Below, in pieces: positions 34,856 through 51,703 of a DNA stretch of 64,000 nt (positions are counted from its first letter, which is position 1; the number at the start of each line of letters is the position of its first letter). Below the pieces are notes generated by a model that was not told the origin of the DNA, did no database searches, and was given only the letters and a program-made list of their open reading frames with translations. Both the position numbers and the translations under genes were made by a program. Source of the DNA: the human T2T-CHM13v2.0 reference genome, Homo sapiens; NCBI RefSeq assembly GCF_009914755.1, contig NC_060930.1, one strand, 5' to 3'.

Positions 34856-35312
34856 GCTGAGAAGTGGGTATTTATAAGCTCAATGTATCTCAAGCGTTTG
34901 TTGTGAAATTATATATACATAAAAGTGGCTGATACACAGAAGACATCTGGGAAATCATCCACTAGTCACTTCTTCCTGTTTTCCCCACCTTGCCCCCTTT
35001 TGAGGGTGCATTAAGTTTAGAGAGTTCTATTTAATTGCTGTGGGCTTCAGGTCAAAGGGAGGAAAGGAATTCCTACAATTTTTTTTTTAGCTATAAAACC
35101 TTTTGCCTCAAGATTTTATCAGCTACAGTGAGATGTTCTCCTTTTTACAGCTACATCTGTATCTCCCAAGTAGAGAAATAGTATAATCAATTCCATCACA
35201 TCTTTCCCAAAAGACTTCTGCTTAAACTACCCTGATAATGGAGGTGAAGATGCCTTTTATGCTTAAATCACTCACCTTTCTTAAATCACTCATATGTTAC
35301 TTATGCTCATAA

Positions 35313-35645
<333 letters not shown>

Positions 35646-36438
35646 GTCATTATGGTAATTTTAATAGTTCTTCTAACCAGGGTTTCCTGGCTTTTCCAAA
35701 AATCACATCTGAAATTTTATATTACATTTAAAGTATAATTCTGTAGTCAAAATAGATCTATTGGTTAGTACAGCCCAATCTGTAAAGGGAAATTTGCAAT
35801 GATTGGCATATGTTTCCAAATTTCCTATGCAAATTAAGAAATCTGATTTATCTCCTGAGTCAGTGAGAGTGGGTGGGAACTCAGTAGGAAGTGGAGAAGC
35901 ACAAGGAACTCTCATTGGTAGAGTTTGCCAAGTTGGGATGTAGAAGAGGTAGGAAATTACCCTCTTCTAGAATATTCCAGAAGCAAGATGGAGGAGGTGG
36001 AGGAATGAAGACTGATGAACAGGGGAGTTCACATGTGAGGGGCTTTTTGTCACCATCCTGAGCACCAACCGCCCACTCTCTTCTGTCTCTCGTGACTGCT
36101 TCCTGAGAGCGCCTGCTGTGGCATGAGGGGCCAGGGGCCTTCCCTCAGCATCAGAGCCCTGCAGGCATGCGGGCGAGTGGGCTGAGGTGGTGGGAGGGAG
36201 GTGAGAGAGAGCTTGGTGGTGCTGAGGAGTCTGGGAACGTGGAGTGGGGTGTTTGCTCCTAATGGGGCAGGCATTTGTATCGCCCTTTCCTGGGCCCAAA
36301 GGAGAGAAAGTCTGGGTTCCATTTCAGTGCTTTGATGATTTTCCTCCTGAAAAAATTATGGAGACCCTGGCCTTGGGGACTTGTTTTCATGACCTGCTTG
36401 AGGTGAATGAATTGTCACGCTCTGGGGCCTGCTTCTGA

Positions 36439-36618
<180 letters not shown>

Positions 36619-37059
36619 TGATTGTAACTATTGAGTGGATGATCTTGATGGAAGTTTCCTTTAGAGCTTTGGGCCGGTGGCAATGCCGAGGGCTGGCTTA
36701 GGGAAGGGTGGTTGTACCCCACGCTTCCTTGTCACTCCCAAATGCATATTTGATCTAAGAAAAACAGTGTGCTTAACACGTAGATGCAGCTTCCTATCTG
36801 GTCCCTGTGCTCCCCGTTCCCTCCCTCCCCACCCTCCTTGGACCCAAGGAATTCTGGAGTTATCCATCTGGGCTCCCCTTCAACCTTTATTTATAAAACT
36901 TACTTGTTTAACCAAGTCCAACTTCCTTACTTGGCTCTTCTCTTTCTTATTCCTTTCTTTTCTCTCCTTTTCTAATTACATAAAATATGTGATGCTTAGA
37001 TCTGTTGATTTCTTATCATAGAATCTTTTCAAGGGTAGGTTTGTAAGATTAGGATCAGA

Positions 37060-37342
37060 GGCCGGCCGCAGTGGCTCAAGCCTGTAATCCTAACACTTTG
37101 AGAGGTCAAGGAGGGAGGATAACTTGAGCCCAGGAGTTCAAAAGCAGCCTGGACAACATAACAAGACCCTATCTCTACAAAAAATTTAAAAATTAGCCAG
37201 GTATGGGAGCACACACCTGTAGTTCCAGCTACTTGAGAGGCTGAGACAGGTGGATTGTTTTCAGCCCAGGAGTTCGAGCTATGATGGCACCAACTGCACT
37301 CCAGCCTGGGTGAGAGAGCAACACCCCATTTCAAACAAAAAA
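37060..37342 (+). mobile_element. AluJ
   Basis: Diverged Alu with J-type cttgagcccaggagttc. Confidence 0.85.
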
Positions 37343-37904
37343 ACACTTTTTTTTTAAGGTTAAGAATACAAAGTGCCTTGGACAGCATCTGGGAGAGTCA
37401 TTCAATAAGTGGTAACTAGTGGTATTATTACACTTAGGACCTTGTGATTGTTTTGTGTGATTTGGAAGTTGCCTCTGCAGTTGAAGAAGTTCTTAAAGGA
37501 ATCTTGTCCACACCCAGTGCCGGCCTTTGACACCAGGGCTCAGGATTCTCACTTTTGAGGTCCACCTTTTCTGCAATTATTCATAGCTCTAATTGTCTTA
37601 AATCACAACTGTGCAAACAATGTCACCTTTGATGTGTTATTTATTCATAATAAAGCTCGATGTAGTGGTTTAATCCCAAGGTTTTCAAACAAAAACTGAC
37701 TTAAAAGAAAAACAGCAGATGTTAGAAAGCAAACGAAGATTTTTTTAGCACCTTTGAAAATACTAAGCATCTTTCTTATCTTTGAACAGTTTGAAAAAGG
37801 GGCAGTTTTATTTTCTTTTTCAAATGTTAAAGGATTAGTTGTCTTGGCAGGATTAATCCCATCCCCCATGCCCAGAAAAAGTTCATACATGGGAGAAAAA
37901 AGAA

Positions 37905-38195
37905 TTTTTTTTTTTTGAGATGGAGTCTCGCTCTGTCTCCAGGCTGGAGTGCGGTGGCGTGATCTTGGCTCACGGCAACCTCTGCCTCCTGGGTTCAAGT
38001 GATTCTTTTGCCTCAGCCTCCTGAGTAGCTGGGACTACAGGTGTGCGCCACCATGCCCAGCTAATTTTTGTATTTTTAGTGGAGACGGGCTTTCACCATG
38101 TTGGCCAGGATGGTCTTGATCTCCTGAACTTGTGATCCGCCTGCCTCGGCCTCCCAAAGTGCTGGGATTACAGGTGTGAGCCACCACACCTGGCC
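37905..38195 (-). mobile_element. AluS (Sc-like)
   Basis: Antisense Alu, ctctgtctccaggctgg, ccaggatggtcttgatctc. Confidence 0.88.
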
Positions 38196-38462
38196 AAAAA
38201 AAATTTTTTAAGAAAAAACTTCAAGTTTATTTTTTGATGTTACCTTTTATTCTCTAAAAGGGAACATTATGCAGGTAGAGCATGGCTTTGGGCCAGTGCC
38301 ATGAGCTACAAGGCTACAGTGGATGGATTCTAAGGTTCTCTCCAGCTCTGAGTCTAAAACCCCATTTTTCTGGTCATATGTGTTTCTTTTTGCCCTTTCT
38401 TTCTTCTGTCTGCAGCTTCTTTTCTGCAGGGACAGAAATGGGAAGAAATAGTATTTTAGTAG

Positions 38463-38816
<354 letters not shown>

Positions 38817-39858
38817 TAACTTGTGGTCTTTGAAGAAAAGCATTACTAATCTTTTGGCCTCGCCAAGGCAGTGCATTTTGAGAAGTTTTTCCAGAATGAA
38901 GTTTCCACTGGGGATAATTGAGTGAGTCAGTCTTATGTAGATATGTATTATTTTGCTTTCTGCCAAAATCAGAAGAGGGGAGGATTTGGTGTCCAACAGA
39001 GAGAGCTGAGAGAGACTGCCTTGCATAGACTAAGAGTAAGAAACACTTAAAAACCATCTGGACCAGGGAACATGAGTGTTTTTATTGTAGCCAGTTTTTC
39101 TACGACAAGACTTACCACTGGGCCTTGTGTATGTACTGTCTGTTAAATTCTTCCTAAAAGGTTAGCCGCTTACTGAATTGAGCCACTAGTGCCTATAATG
39201 TCATGAAGGGGAAGCTTTTTTCTTTAGTTATTTCCTATCACTTTCATTAGCTTCAAGGATTTGGGATCTAGAAATTCATTTTACTCTTCTTTCTCAGTAA
39301 TTAAAACAGTTTCAATAGGAAATTCTGTGAAACTAAACTGCATTAAGTCTTGCAAGTCTTCTTTTCCCATGCCCTTAATGAACCTCATTAATGAGACAGC
39401 TGGATTAATATATTACTAAGTGGAGACAAGCAACAGCTTAAACTAATATCACACTTTTCTGTTTCCAAAACAACTGTTCTGCCATGAGCAGAGAACAGCT
39501 CTTGCTAGCCAAGATGTAGTGACTGAGTGTCTAAACCACACATACTTGAAGAACAAGAATATTAATTTGAGGTGGCGTTCCTGAGGCAGACACTAACACG
39601 GGTCTCTGGCATGCAGCTGCCAGGCTGCGTTTACCACATGCGCTGACTTCTCTCCCGGCAGTTCCATGACGGGAATTGAAATGCTTTCTGTGGTATTATT
39701 AGCTGTTCCACAGAACTCCTCTAAACGCTAAAGGCTTACTATTGTCTGGCTCTTTTCATAAGTCTACAACTCTCTAAAGCATAGGAGCCCACTCCCCAAA
39801 CTTCCTGATAAGACCCATGGACAAGTTCTAAAGGCCTAGCTTCAGACAAATTTTTGGA

Positions 39859-39962
39859 AAACACTGCCTTAGCTGTGTCCCAGGGACTCTGTATCTTTGT
39901 TCTCATTAGTTACAAAGAACTTCTTGACTTCTGCCTTAGTTTCATTATTTGCCCAAAAGTCA
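39859..39962 (-). mobile_element. Isolated internal L1 ORF2 fragment
   Basis: aacactgccttagctgtgtcccag...tctttgttctcatt...aaagaacttctt...ttctgcctt...ttcattattt matches antisense L1 ORF2 as remembered. Confidence 0.65.
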
Positions 39963-40818
39963 AATAGAGAAGCTAAAAACTGCATTCAGTCCAAATAGCC
40001 AATGAGAATGACAACCTAGCACCAAAAGATACAGTGGAATCTTCAGAAATTGCCAGACATTGTTACTGGACATCACTTGAGAGTTTTGCATATATAAAGC
40101 CCCAATCCCAAGTCCTTGGCATTTCTAATTTAGTGGGATATAATAGAAAGAGTTAAGGGCTGGGGGTGACAGCCTGCTATCTGATCCTTGCATAGTGGGC
40201 ACTCTCAGCGTTGGCAGGCGAGATGGTAACATGAGGCCATCGGTTCATATCCTGCCTTACTCCCAGGACCGTGTATCCCCTGAAATAATGTATGTAGAAA
40301 AATCTTCAGCCATCTGTAAATGTGAGTAGCTATTGTTATACTGAGTAGTAATGTTGTAGACAGTAGTTCAGGCCGGGCCTTATGCACAGATGCTCCAGAT
40401 TGTTGTGGTGGTTTATGAAGCTCTAGGGAAGGCCACCCAGGGTTGAAGCTAAAGGCTGCATATCTTGATCAGTATAGATTTTTTCCTGGTCCCAAGATAG
40501 TCAAGGAAATGAACTGTGTTGAGAGAATGCTAGTAAAGTGTTGGGTGGGCCTGACTCACCCTTTTCCAAATGTGGGGCACAGGAATGGCAGCGAGCTGCA
40601 GGCTTATATTACATTGAATTATAGTTTCATGATCTCTCAAAACCACTTTGCGGGCATAGTCATTGATGTCCATGGGGCAATAGGATCTTTTGGAATTACC
40701 AGATTGAAAGACACAAACACATGGATCCATCAAGGAGAGCTGGGGGTGTGTTTCTGAGCTTGGCATCAAGGCTGATGGAGCCTCCGTCCAGCAGGAAGAG
40801 ACCGAATGGTGGGTCTGA

Positions 40819-41136
<318 letters not shown>

Positions 41137-41194
41137 TAAGCAGAAATCAGAGTTCCCATGATCTGTAGGTGGGAAATGTGGACAATAAAGAATG

Positions 41195-41270
41195 GTGGAT
41201 GAGTGGATGGGTGCATGCATGGATGAGTGGGTTGGATGGGTTGGATGGATGAATGGGATGATGGATAGAT
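41195..41270. repeat. Degenerate (TGGA)n repeat
   Basis: Directly visible just after exon 17. Confidence 0.8.
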
Positions 41271-43749
41271 GTCTTCCTTCAACTGGATGAAATATAGGCA
41301 ACAATGGAAGCCTCATGGGGTAGGGTAAGGACTACTGGATGGAAGTCAGAAGTCCTAAATCCGCGTCCCAGATTGATTTGCATGATCTTGAGCTCAGTAC
41401 TTCATCTTTCTGGGCCTTGATTTCCCCATATGCAAAACATCACTACATCTCTAACATCCTATAATCTTGCAAATGGCCAGGGGGTCCAGCTAGCTCCTTG
41501 AAGGATCAGATCCTGCAGTGAGCGTGACCATAAGCTCCCGCTGGGCCACACAGTTGTCCCTTTTTGGAGTCAGCCCTGGGCTTGTGCCTCTGCCTCTTTC
41601 TCTCCTTTCACGTCTGTTGGGTGCTTCCAGACAAATCTGGGTGCTTCTCAGTTCCTTATGTGGGAATAGGAGGTGATGAAAAAATGCCCAAGGATCTTGA
41701 GCCTCCTTGGCCTCTGAGATGTTTAAGTTCACTCTGCCAAGGACATATTTGAAGATACATCTTGAAATTTAAGTTCTTATGGAAAGAGAATTGATATTTT
41801 CTGTGAATAGTTGCAAATTTTTTTTCTGGGCCTCTGAGCTGTGTAAGAGGAAGAAGTATGGCTGTGGCTGTGTGTGTCTCTGACTGGGAGGTAGCGGTCG
41901 CATTAGAGGTCAGAGTTTGACATTCTCTGCCATTATTGTGCTAGTGCAGTTCGCACAATTCAAAATTTCTAGTGCTTGTCTTGGTGTTTCCACTATTATA
42001 TCTTACAATGAAAAAATGTGTCCAAGAATATCCAAAGAGCATCTTCTCTTGTGGAATTTGTACAGCAGCGCAAAAGCTAGAATAAGGGACACAGAAAAGA
42101 AGGCTTCTGGGTATTCTGCCAGGTGAGACTGAAGGGCGTGGGATGCAGGGAGGGTTTGGGATTAAGGGGTTCGAGTCTTTAGTGGAACTAAAAGTGCAGT
42201 CCTGGGTAGGTGCTACACGGACCGCCGTGAAGTCTGTGGTGTTCCAAATAGAATGCAAATCAATCAATGGAAGGAGGCAAGCTTGTAATCAAACATCCAG
42301 AAAATCTTTTTATTAATTGAACACACTTCTGTGAATGGTAATTTTTAAAAGCAAGCAAGAAAGCATACAGAAAAATAATTTAAAACCTTACTTTAAGCTG
42401 TTTAGCTTTTGACCTCTTGCATAACAGATATTACTTAACATAAATATATCACTGCGCCCTGATTCAAGGGGCTTCTAAGAAACATTGGCTGCAGAATGAG
42501 AGTGTATTGGCCCCACCAAACATGCCTCAAGGGTTCTTGCAGTGAAGAAGGAGCTTTCAGAGAACTCCCAACAAATGTCTCCGAGACTTAATTTAGATGT
42601 GATTTCTGTATTGTCCTGTAGAGGTCGGGCTTCTGAAACACCCATGCCTAGGCATTCCAAGCCATTCAAAGCTCCCTAGAGCCTTCATGTCCTCACATGC
42701 CCCACCCTGCACCTCATCTGAAACGAAACCTCAGAGCCCTAATCATGAGTACTCACGACACTAGCATAAATAATATGGATGAGGTGTTTATAAGGCACTC
42801 CCAATACAGAGCCGTGCCAACTCCTGTCAAGCTGATTACTGTGGAACACTGCAGCACATGACACCCTGTGGTGTGGGGGAAAACACCAGACTCCGCAAGG
42901 CTCAGAGAGAGAATAGCGGCAGCTCGTCATCCATTAGTGAACCAAACACCGGCTCTTTCATCTGCAGAACAACGAAGCCAAGTGAATACATCCTAAACTT
43001 AAATGAAGCATCACATTATCGGGCCCCCTGCAGGGCATTTGAATCCTGCTGGCTACATGGATGTTGTGTGCTCTGCTCATTTTCACCTGCCATTCTTTCT
43101 TTCACAAGCAGTCAAGTCAATGTGTAATGAAGTGGTGCCCGAACAGTGTGAAACTCCTAGAATTCCTGCCTGCAAACTGTTGCTTTCCCAAATCACTCCT
43201 AATGAATGAAGTTATTACTTTATTAGGAGTGATTCTGTAGGAAATCACCAACGTGATGACCTCTTAGTTTTTCAGGACCAGCTCATCAGTCACTTTCAGG
43301 ACTGGTTTTGATGAGAACAACAGAGAGATCAGGAGTTATGATGTGCCCAGCAAGCACCTTATCAAAACCCAGACACAGGATCAGCCGAGAAACCAGTGCC
43401 TTACATGGGAAACGCAGGGTTCTGATGGAAGCCAGAGGTCCAAGAGTCTAAGCTTTGCCAACTCCATCGGAAGCTGGGTTTCCGTGGCACACGTGTGACC
43501 TCCGTCCCCTCTGGGGTGGGCCATTGTGTGCAGCACCAGTGGAAGCATATGCAGGGCTTGACTGCACTGTGCCAGACGGGAAATGCCGTGAGGAGGGCAG
43601 CAACTCTTCCCAAGTTCAATGACTCTCCTCTAGGGAACAGTGTGGGGAGGGCTCCAGGGTCCAGTTCACCTGGCTTCCAGGCCCAGCTTGCCCATTTGTT
43701 AGTTGTGTGACACTAATCAGTGATCATAGGGTGCTAAATAAAATCACGT

Positions 43750-45200
<1,451 letters not shown>

Positions 45201-45204
45201 ACTT

Positions 45205-45378
45205 GTGAACTTAGACAAGATATTTAACCTATTGCTAATACTCAGTTTCCTCATGTGTCAAAATGAGGAAGGCAATACCTACATACTAGGATCATGAGGA
45301 TTAATCAAAGTCAAATTCAATTGAGAGTACCTAGCTGGCATAATGTTTGGCTCAAAGGAAGTGCTTGACAAATGTTTT
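45205..45378 (+). mobile_element. MIR
   Basis: ctcagtttcctcatgtgtcaaaatgagg...tgaggattaa. Confidence 0.65.
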
Positions 45379-46069
45379 CTCCTTCTGTGTACACATAAAA
45401 GACCTAGGATATGGGATGCGCTGAGCTGTGGGATGAACTTTACTTTGCCTCCTGGGACAGTTGTAAAGGCTGGGCAGGTGTCAGGGCCAAGGGTTCACCC
45501 GCTGAGGTCTGTTATTAGCAAATAAGAGAGAGCAGGTTGGACAATAGAAAGAAGAGCTGCCTCACTGCTGTGATTAGACAGTGAGGGCAAGGGCAGCACA
45601 GATACTCAGCAATGAGAAATCGCAGGACAGCCTTCACCAAGTGGGCATGGGACCCCTGGGCGTGTGGGGTCTCTCAGCCCCGCACACATGCACAGCATCC
45701 ACCAACAACATTCTTCGTTTCCTGTGCAGGGCAATGGTGTACTATCTTACCCGGAAGTTCTTAAATACATGTGTGGAGGGCACTGCTTTTTTCTTCTACT
45801 TTTGTTTTTCTCTGTGTGATCAAGATGAGACGTGATTAGTTCTGAGGCGATGGGGAAGGCTGGGGAATGAGCAAGAGAAGTAGGGGGCCAGCAGGCATCA
45901 GGAAGTGTCTTAGTTTTGTCATCCCCATCTGGATTCAGCAGAAGGTACCAGTGTTACATCCCATCCTGTCCCACAGTGCCGCGTGCCCTCCTTCCTGTAG
46001 TTCCCACATGGAGCTGCATCTGCAGCTTTGCCTCACACCTGTCCTCAGTGGGTTACATTTTGTGTGTGA

Positions 46070-46243
<174 letters not shown>

Positions 46244-49200
46244 TAGAAAAGATGAGATCCATGTGCATGGTTGCTGATTTGCTTTGGTTGGAAATGAAGG
46301 GAGGAATCAAAATGTTTTTGTGATTTCTTTGAATACCCTGTTTGGTTCTAATAGAATGTCAATGCATGCTTACCATATGTCATATAAGTTTCTTAGAAGA
46401 AATGACTGTATGTATTGTCATTGTTAGGCTACTGTGCTTATATTTTCCTCCCTGTTTACCTAAACACTACCTGCCATTAGGGAAAGAAAAGTTGTTATCT
46501 GTGTTGAAAGAATCGGTCCATTTTTAGTCCCAATATCGTGGCACTAGGCATCGTGACCTTCATATGTGAAAATGGAGCTGCAATCACTAAACACTTAAAT
46601 GAACTCGTTCCCAAACTCTGTGACATAGAAGTTCACATCATTCAAGAAAGATGCATTTTACACATTTGTAGAGGTTATAAGCATGTCTTCGTAGACTAGG
46701 CGTGGCTGGCCAGAGAATCATTTTGGAAGCCAGAGTTTATTGCCCTTGGCATGAAATAGGCAAAACTGGTTCCCAGGAGCACAAAGACAGTGACTGTTCA
46801 TTCCCCTTGTATGCCATCTGGTTTTGGTGGTAATGACCCTCGGAAAGCTCCTGGGTGGGTGAGCATGGGAAAGCACCAAGCACTTGAGGGTCAAGAGTGG
46901 TGTGCTGGTAAACTGGCTCTCTGGGAAAAAACTTCCTTGGTTGATAGCATTTGCCAATTTCTATGGTGTAAATACTACCATTTTGGCCAATTTTAAGCCA
47001 CCAAGGGCTTGCAGACTTCCTGAATACTTAATGACTGGCTCTCACAAGCTGGTACAAATGGGTCCAGCAGACTGCTGTTGTGGGGAGCCACCATATTTGC
47101 CTAGCAAAGAGCTCGAAGTGAGGTGAGGGTGCACCCAAGGCCTCTCATTTTCTACACAGGCCGAGGAACATGGAGGAGGTTGGAACAAAATGGCCCTCAT
47201 TAGACAGGCATGTGGTAAAGGGTGTAGAATCTGGACACTAGCTGTGGGCACCGAAAGGCTACTGAATGAGCTGTGAATTTTCCTCAAGACATTTTAATGT
47301 GCCATTTGGGCCCGCTTGAGCTGAGCTTTCATAAATTGTTATGAATTTTGGGATTTGGCAAATTAAAAGCAAGTAGTAAACCAGGAAACTGAGACAGCAC
47401 TTTTTTAAAACTTTTTCCCTAATAGTAATGGCAAGTTATTTTTTTAATCAATTAGAGAAAACAAAACCAACAAAATTAGAGAAAATGGAGTCAATGTCTT
47501 TTTTTTTTTTTTTTGGCGAGTGCAGAGTGACAATGCTTTTGCAGCACAGCCCTAGTATCAAAAAGCCAAGAGGCCTTCCAGAGGCCTTGCCACAGAGCTA
47601 CTTACAACAGAATCTGAATCACAGCCTCCTGACTCGCCGAGTCCAGCGTTCTTTCCACAACTTCTGCTGCCAGACTGATGTTGAGTTTTGAGTCATGTCA
47701 GGAGGGTTATGTAGGGCGATGGTTTACTTGTTATTTCAACAGGTATTAGAGAATGTGCATGGCTCATTCAGTCAGTCCTTACTACACACTTCCTGAGCGC
47801 AAGGTGGAACATCTGGGCTGGGCTGGGGAAAATACACATGGCCCTGCCCTCAAGGAGCTTACAGTCTGGTAGAAGAGGCAGATTTTTTAAAAAACAACGT
47901 AAATATAAACCTCCCCTGGTGGGTGTACATCTCCAAGTACATCATGCTTTGAGAGTATATAATGGGGGATTTTTTTTCTTTATGAGCTTGGGGATAGAGA
48001 GGGGAGTCATATGAGGTTCTCTGGGAAAGTAAAATCTGAACCATAAGAATCAGTCATCCTGCAGAGAAGGCTGTGCTCCCAGCAGAGAGGATGTCTCAAA
48101 GAAGTGTGTGTCCTAGGAAATAAAGGAGGCCGATTGGGAGGAAGGGTGAGGAGAGGCGGGACAGACAGTGCCAGGGGCTCTTGGGTTGGCCCCACACACG
48201 CTCAGTGCCTTGAGGCAGAGGAGGAGCAGCAGCTGCTAATCTTCCTCTCCTGAGGTGCCCACCTGCTTATGTGCTCTTCTGGTAGAGACGCTGGCAGCTC
48301 CTCCTGCATTTCCTCAAAACCCTTCTGAGCAGCTGCTAAATTTTAGAGCTAAGAAAGTACAAGTGTGATGTAAGGACACTCATTTTCCCCTGTGTCACTA
48401 GAATGCAGATCATATCTGGGGAATTCACTTTCGTCATCTCAGTCTTCATGGGGGCTCTCTTGAGAAGCCAGCTTCTGAGTCAATACAGGGGAGACCAGAA
48501 GTCAGTCTACCCAAAAGAGGGGCCAGGGCATAAAAGTGAGCTTTGGTTATTTACAATTGGATCTTGCTTTTGACTTTAAGTGAGCATTGTCTACCTTAGT
48601 CACCAGACAGAGTCCCAAAGAACTCTTCGGAGTCTGCATATTTTAAATCCATACTTAAAACACACAGACTTGTCATGATTGAGGCTGTTCAAAAGAAGGT
48701 GCCAGAAACTTATATAAGAAGGCGAGGCATGGATTGCTTTTGTTACTTGGCTGAGGCAGAGACTATTCAGAGTATGAAATGTACACTTTAGCCCATCAAA
48801 AAAGTTTCATGTAGGTTTTAAAAATGGAATTTTACTTTTTGCTTAATTTCATATTGTTTTTCAGCTCAGCATATTTAAATTTACTTTGATAGCTTAGGTG
48901 AGGTTTTAATGGGAATATGTCTTTGGAATGGTCACATGTGAGTTTCTGGAGGCCTAGAATCATTGTGTCAACAGGGAAGGTGGATTTGGAGAATATTTAG
49001 GCTTTAGTGTCAAAACAAAATCGATACAAACAGATCCATCTGAATAGTGGTTCTCAGCCCGTCAGTCACCCTTCTGCCACCTCCTTGATGGCATAGAGGC
49101 ACTTCCCTCCTTGACGTTGACTACTCAGCAGAAGTGTCCCATGGAGCCCCTGAGTATGCATCCTTCCTTATGTTTTAATTTCCTTTTCAAAAAAAGTATC

Positions 49201-50673
49201 TGTAAAGTTTGCCCAGGACTGGAAATGTATGCCAAACCCACTGCTCAAACTGCCTGCAGAGTTTTGCCTTAAATAACTCCACAACCACTGCATAAAAGTA
49301 CACGTAACTGGGAAAACATGAGCTGCTGAGTGAATTGAGATTTGGAAACTCATATGTTCTTAATTGTGCATATCTTTTTATTTAAATTACAATAAAAAGA
49401 ATACTCCTAAATAAGATGCAAATGGCTTAGGAAGACTAATTTTACCCAATGGCTTTTCTTTGCTTTCTGTTTAATCAAACTCAAAGTAAAGTATCTCTGT
49501 TCTGAGGCCAGAGACTGCCTTGGTGATCCAGCAGCTCAGAAGGCTTGAGGCTAAGGCTGTTGGTGCAATAGGCCTAATAACCCTTTGCTCTCTGAATAGG
49601 AATAATTCGCTTTTTAAAAATGTAGTGCATTTTAATTAGTACATGGAATTTGTGTGCCTGACTTAATCAAATAAAGAATTTTATAACATTTAAGTGTGAC
49701 ATTCTTACTGGCCAAAAGCCAGATAAGAGGTCCCTTATGAGCTCTCTAAAATGACAGAGCCACCAGGGATTCTTTACCTCTCTCTTCATCTGTAAGTAGC
49801 TAAGCACTAAAAAAGCACATAAAATATCTAGAATCAAGAGGTGAGGAAAGCACAAAGATTAAGATATAGTGGAACACAAATGTGGTGTTGGTCTTTATTA
49901 CTTCTCTAACCACCATTCTTTTTCTTTTGCTTGTAAGAATGCAAATAAGATGCTTCGAGACTCAGTCTCTCTCCAGATGAGCTAGTTGACTCAGGCATCA
50001 TGCTTTCCAGCACATTCTCTGTTCCAAGACCAAATTTAGCCCTACAGAAAAGCCTCTCTCTCCGGATCTTTCCCCCTTCCCCTTCTTGGACTTGTTTCTC
50101 TTTCCTTGAGGCGCAGAAGCTCGTAACTCAGTGACTTTTAAGGTGGTCCCTTCCCAGCTCCAGAGCCAACCACAGTGTTTCTCAATGCACCCAATATACC
50201 ATTGTCATGTTAGCTTCACTGAAAAGGCAGCCTCCAGCCAGGTTCATCCTCTCCCTGTCAACCATAAGTTGCGTGGCTGCTGGAGCAAACGTCCTGCTCT
50301 TTTGCATGGACTCCAGGGATATAATTAGGTTATAATTTGAATTCTGCTTTGTAGTGTTTTGCTCCACCACCCTCTCTCTCTTGGGCTGTGGGACTGAAGC
50401 GGAGTCCAGAGTCTTAAACCTGAGCAAGAGCAGGGCTAGAGGAACGTCTCACCAGGGATGAGCTCAGGCGAGTCTGCGCAGAGCAGGGACAGTCCTGATG
50501 CAAAGGAACGCGTGCTCAGCAAGCAACCTGTGTTCTAATATGTCCCTTCTACTGCCATTAGCCATGTGTCCCTGCTATGTTAATTGTATTATTTAGAGAA
50601 TTTATTCAAAACTGAGAAAGTTCAGAAAAAGACATGAAGAATCACTAGTGCTGTATGCATTTGTAAAAAGTAG

Positions 50674-50880
<207 letters not shown>

Positions 50881-51410
50881 TGATTTGTTTTACTTTTCGA
50901 GAAAATGAAATAAATAATCTAGCATGATGGCTACAATAGAATAAATCCTTACTTTTCTATTTAATGAGCTCATGTTGGATATCAGTTTCTAAAGTAAACA
51001 TCATTTGCTTTGTGCTAGGTTAAAACTTGGATAATAAAATTAAAAGTAGTTTTCACGGGCTCTCTGAAGAACAGAAAGGTCAAATTCCAATGAAAGGAAA
51101 AAATCTAGATTTCAACAACATGAGAAAGATAAAGTTGACTCTATCTGTACAAAATTTAGTTGCAGAGTTTTAAAAAAATTATTGCAAGCACCTGAAGAAC
51201 ACACATGTCATGTGGCTGACAGGAAGTTGCCTTTCCAATGAGCCAAGACATTGGATTCCCCCTTTAGTAGAAGGCAGATATATCTTTAATTAATATTGAG
51301 AGGTTAATTACAGTATCATTCAGTCTTATAAGCAGTATCATTCAGAGCATGCCCTTGCATTTTGGGGTGCTGGTGGGCAGAGCTCTCAGTCCCTTCAAGA
51401 AAATGTTCCT

Positions 51411-51703
<293 letters not shown>

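Noticed and set aside
51311-51345. 13-bp direct repeat cagtatcattcag
   Set aside because: Ordinary local micro-duplication with no supporting context
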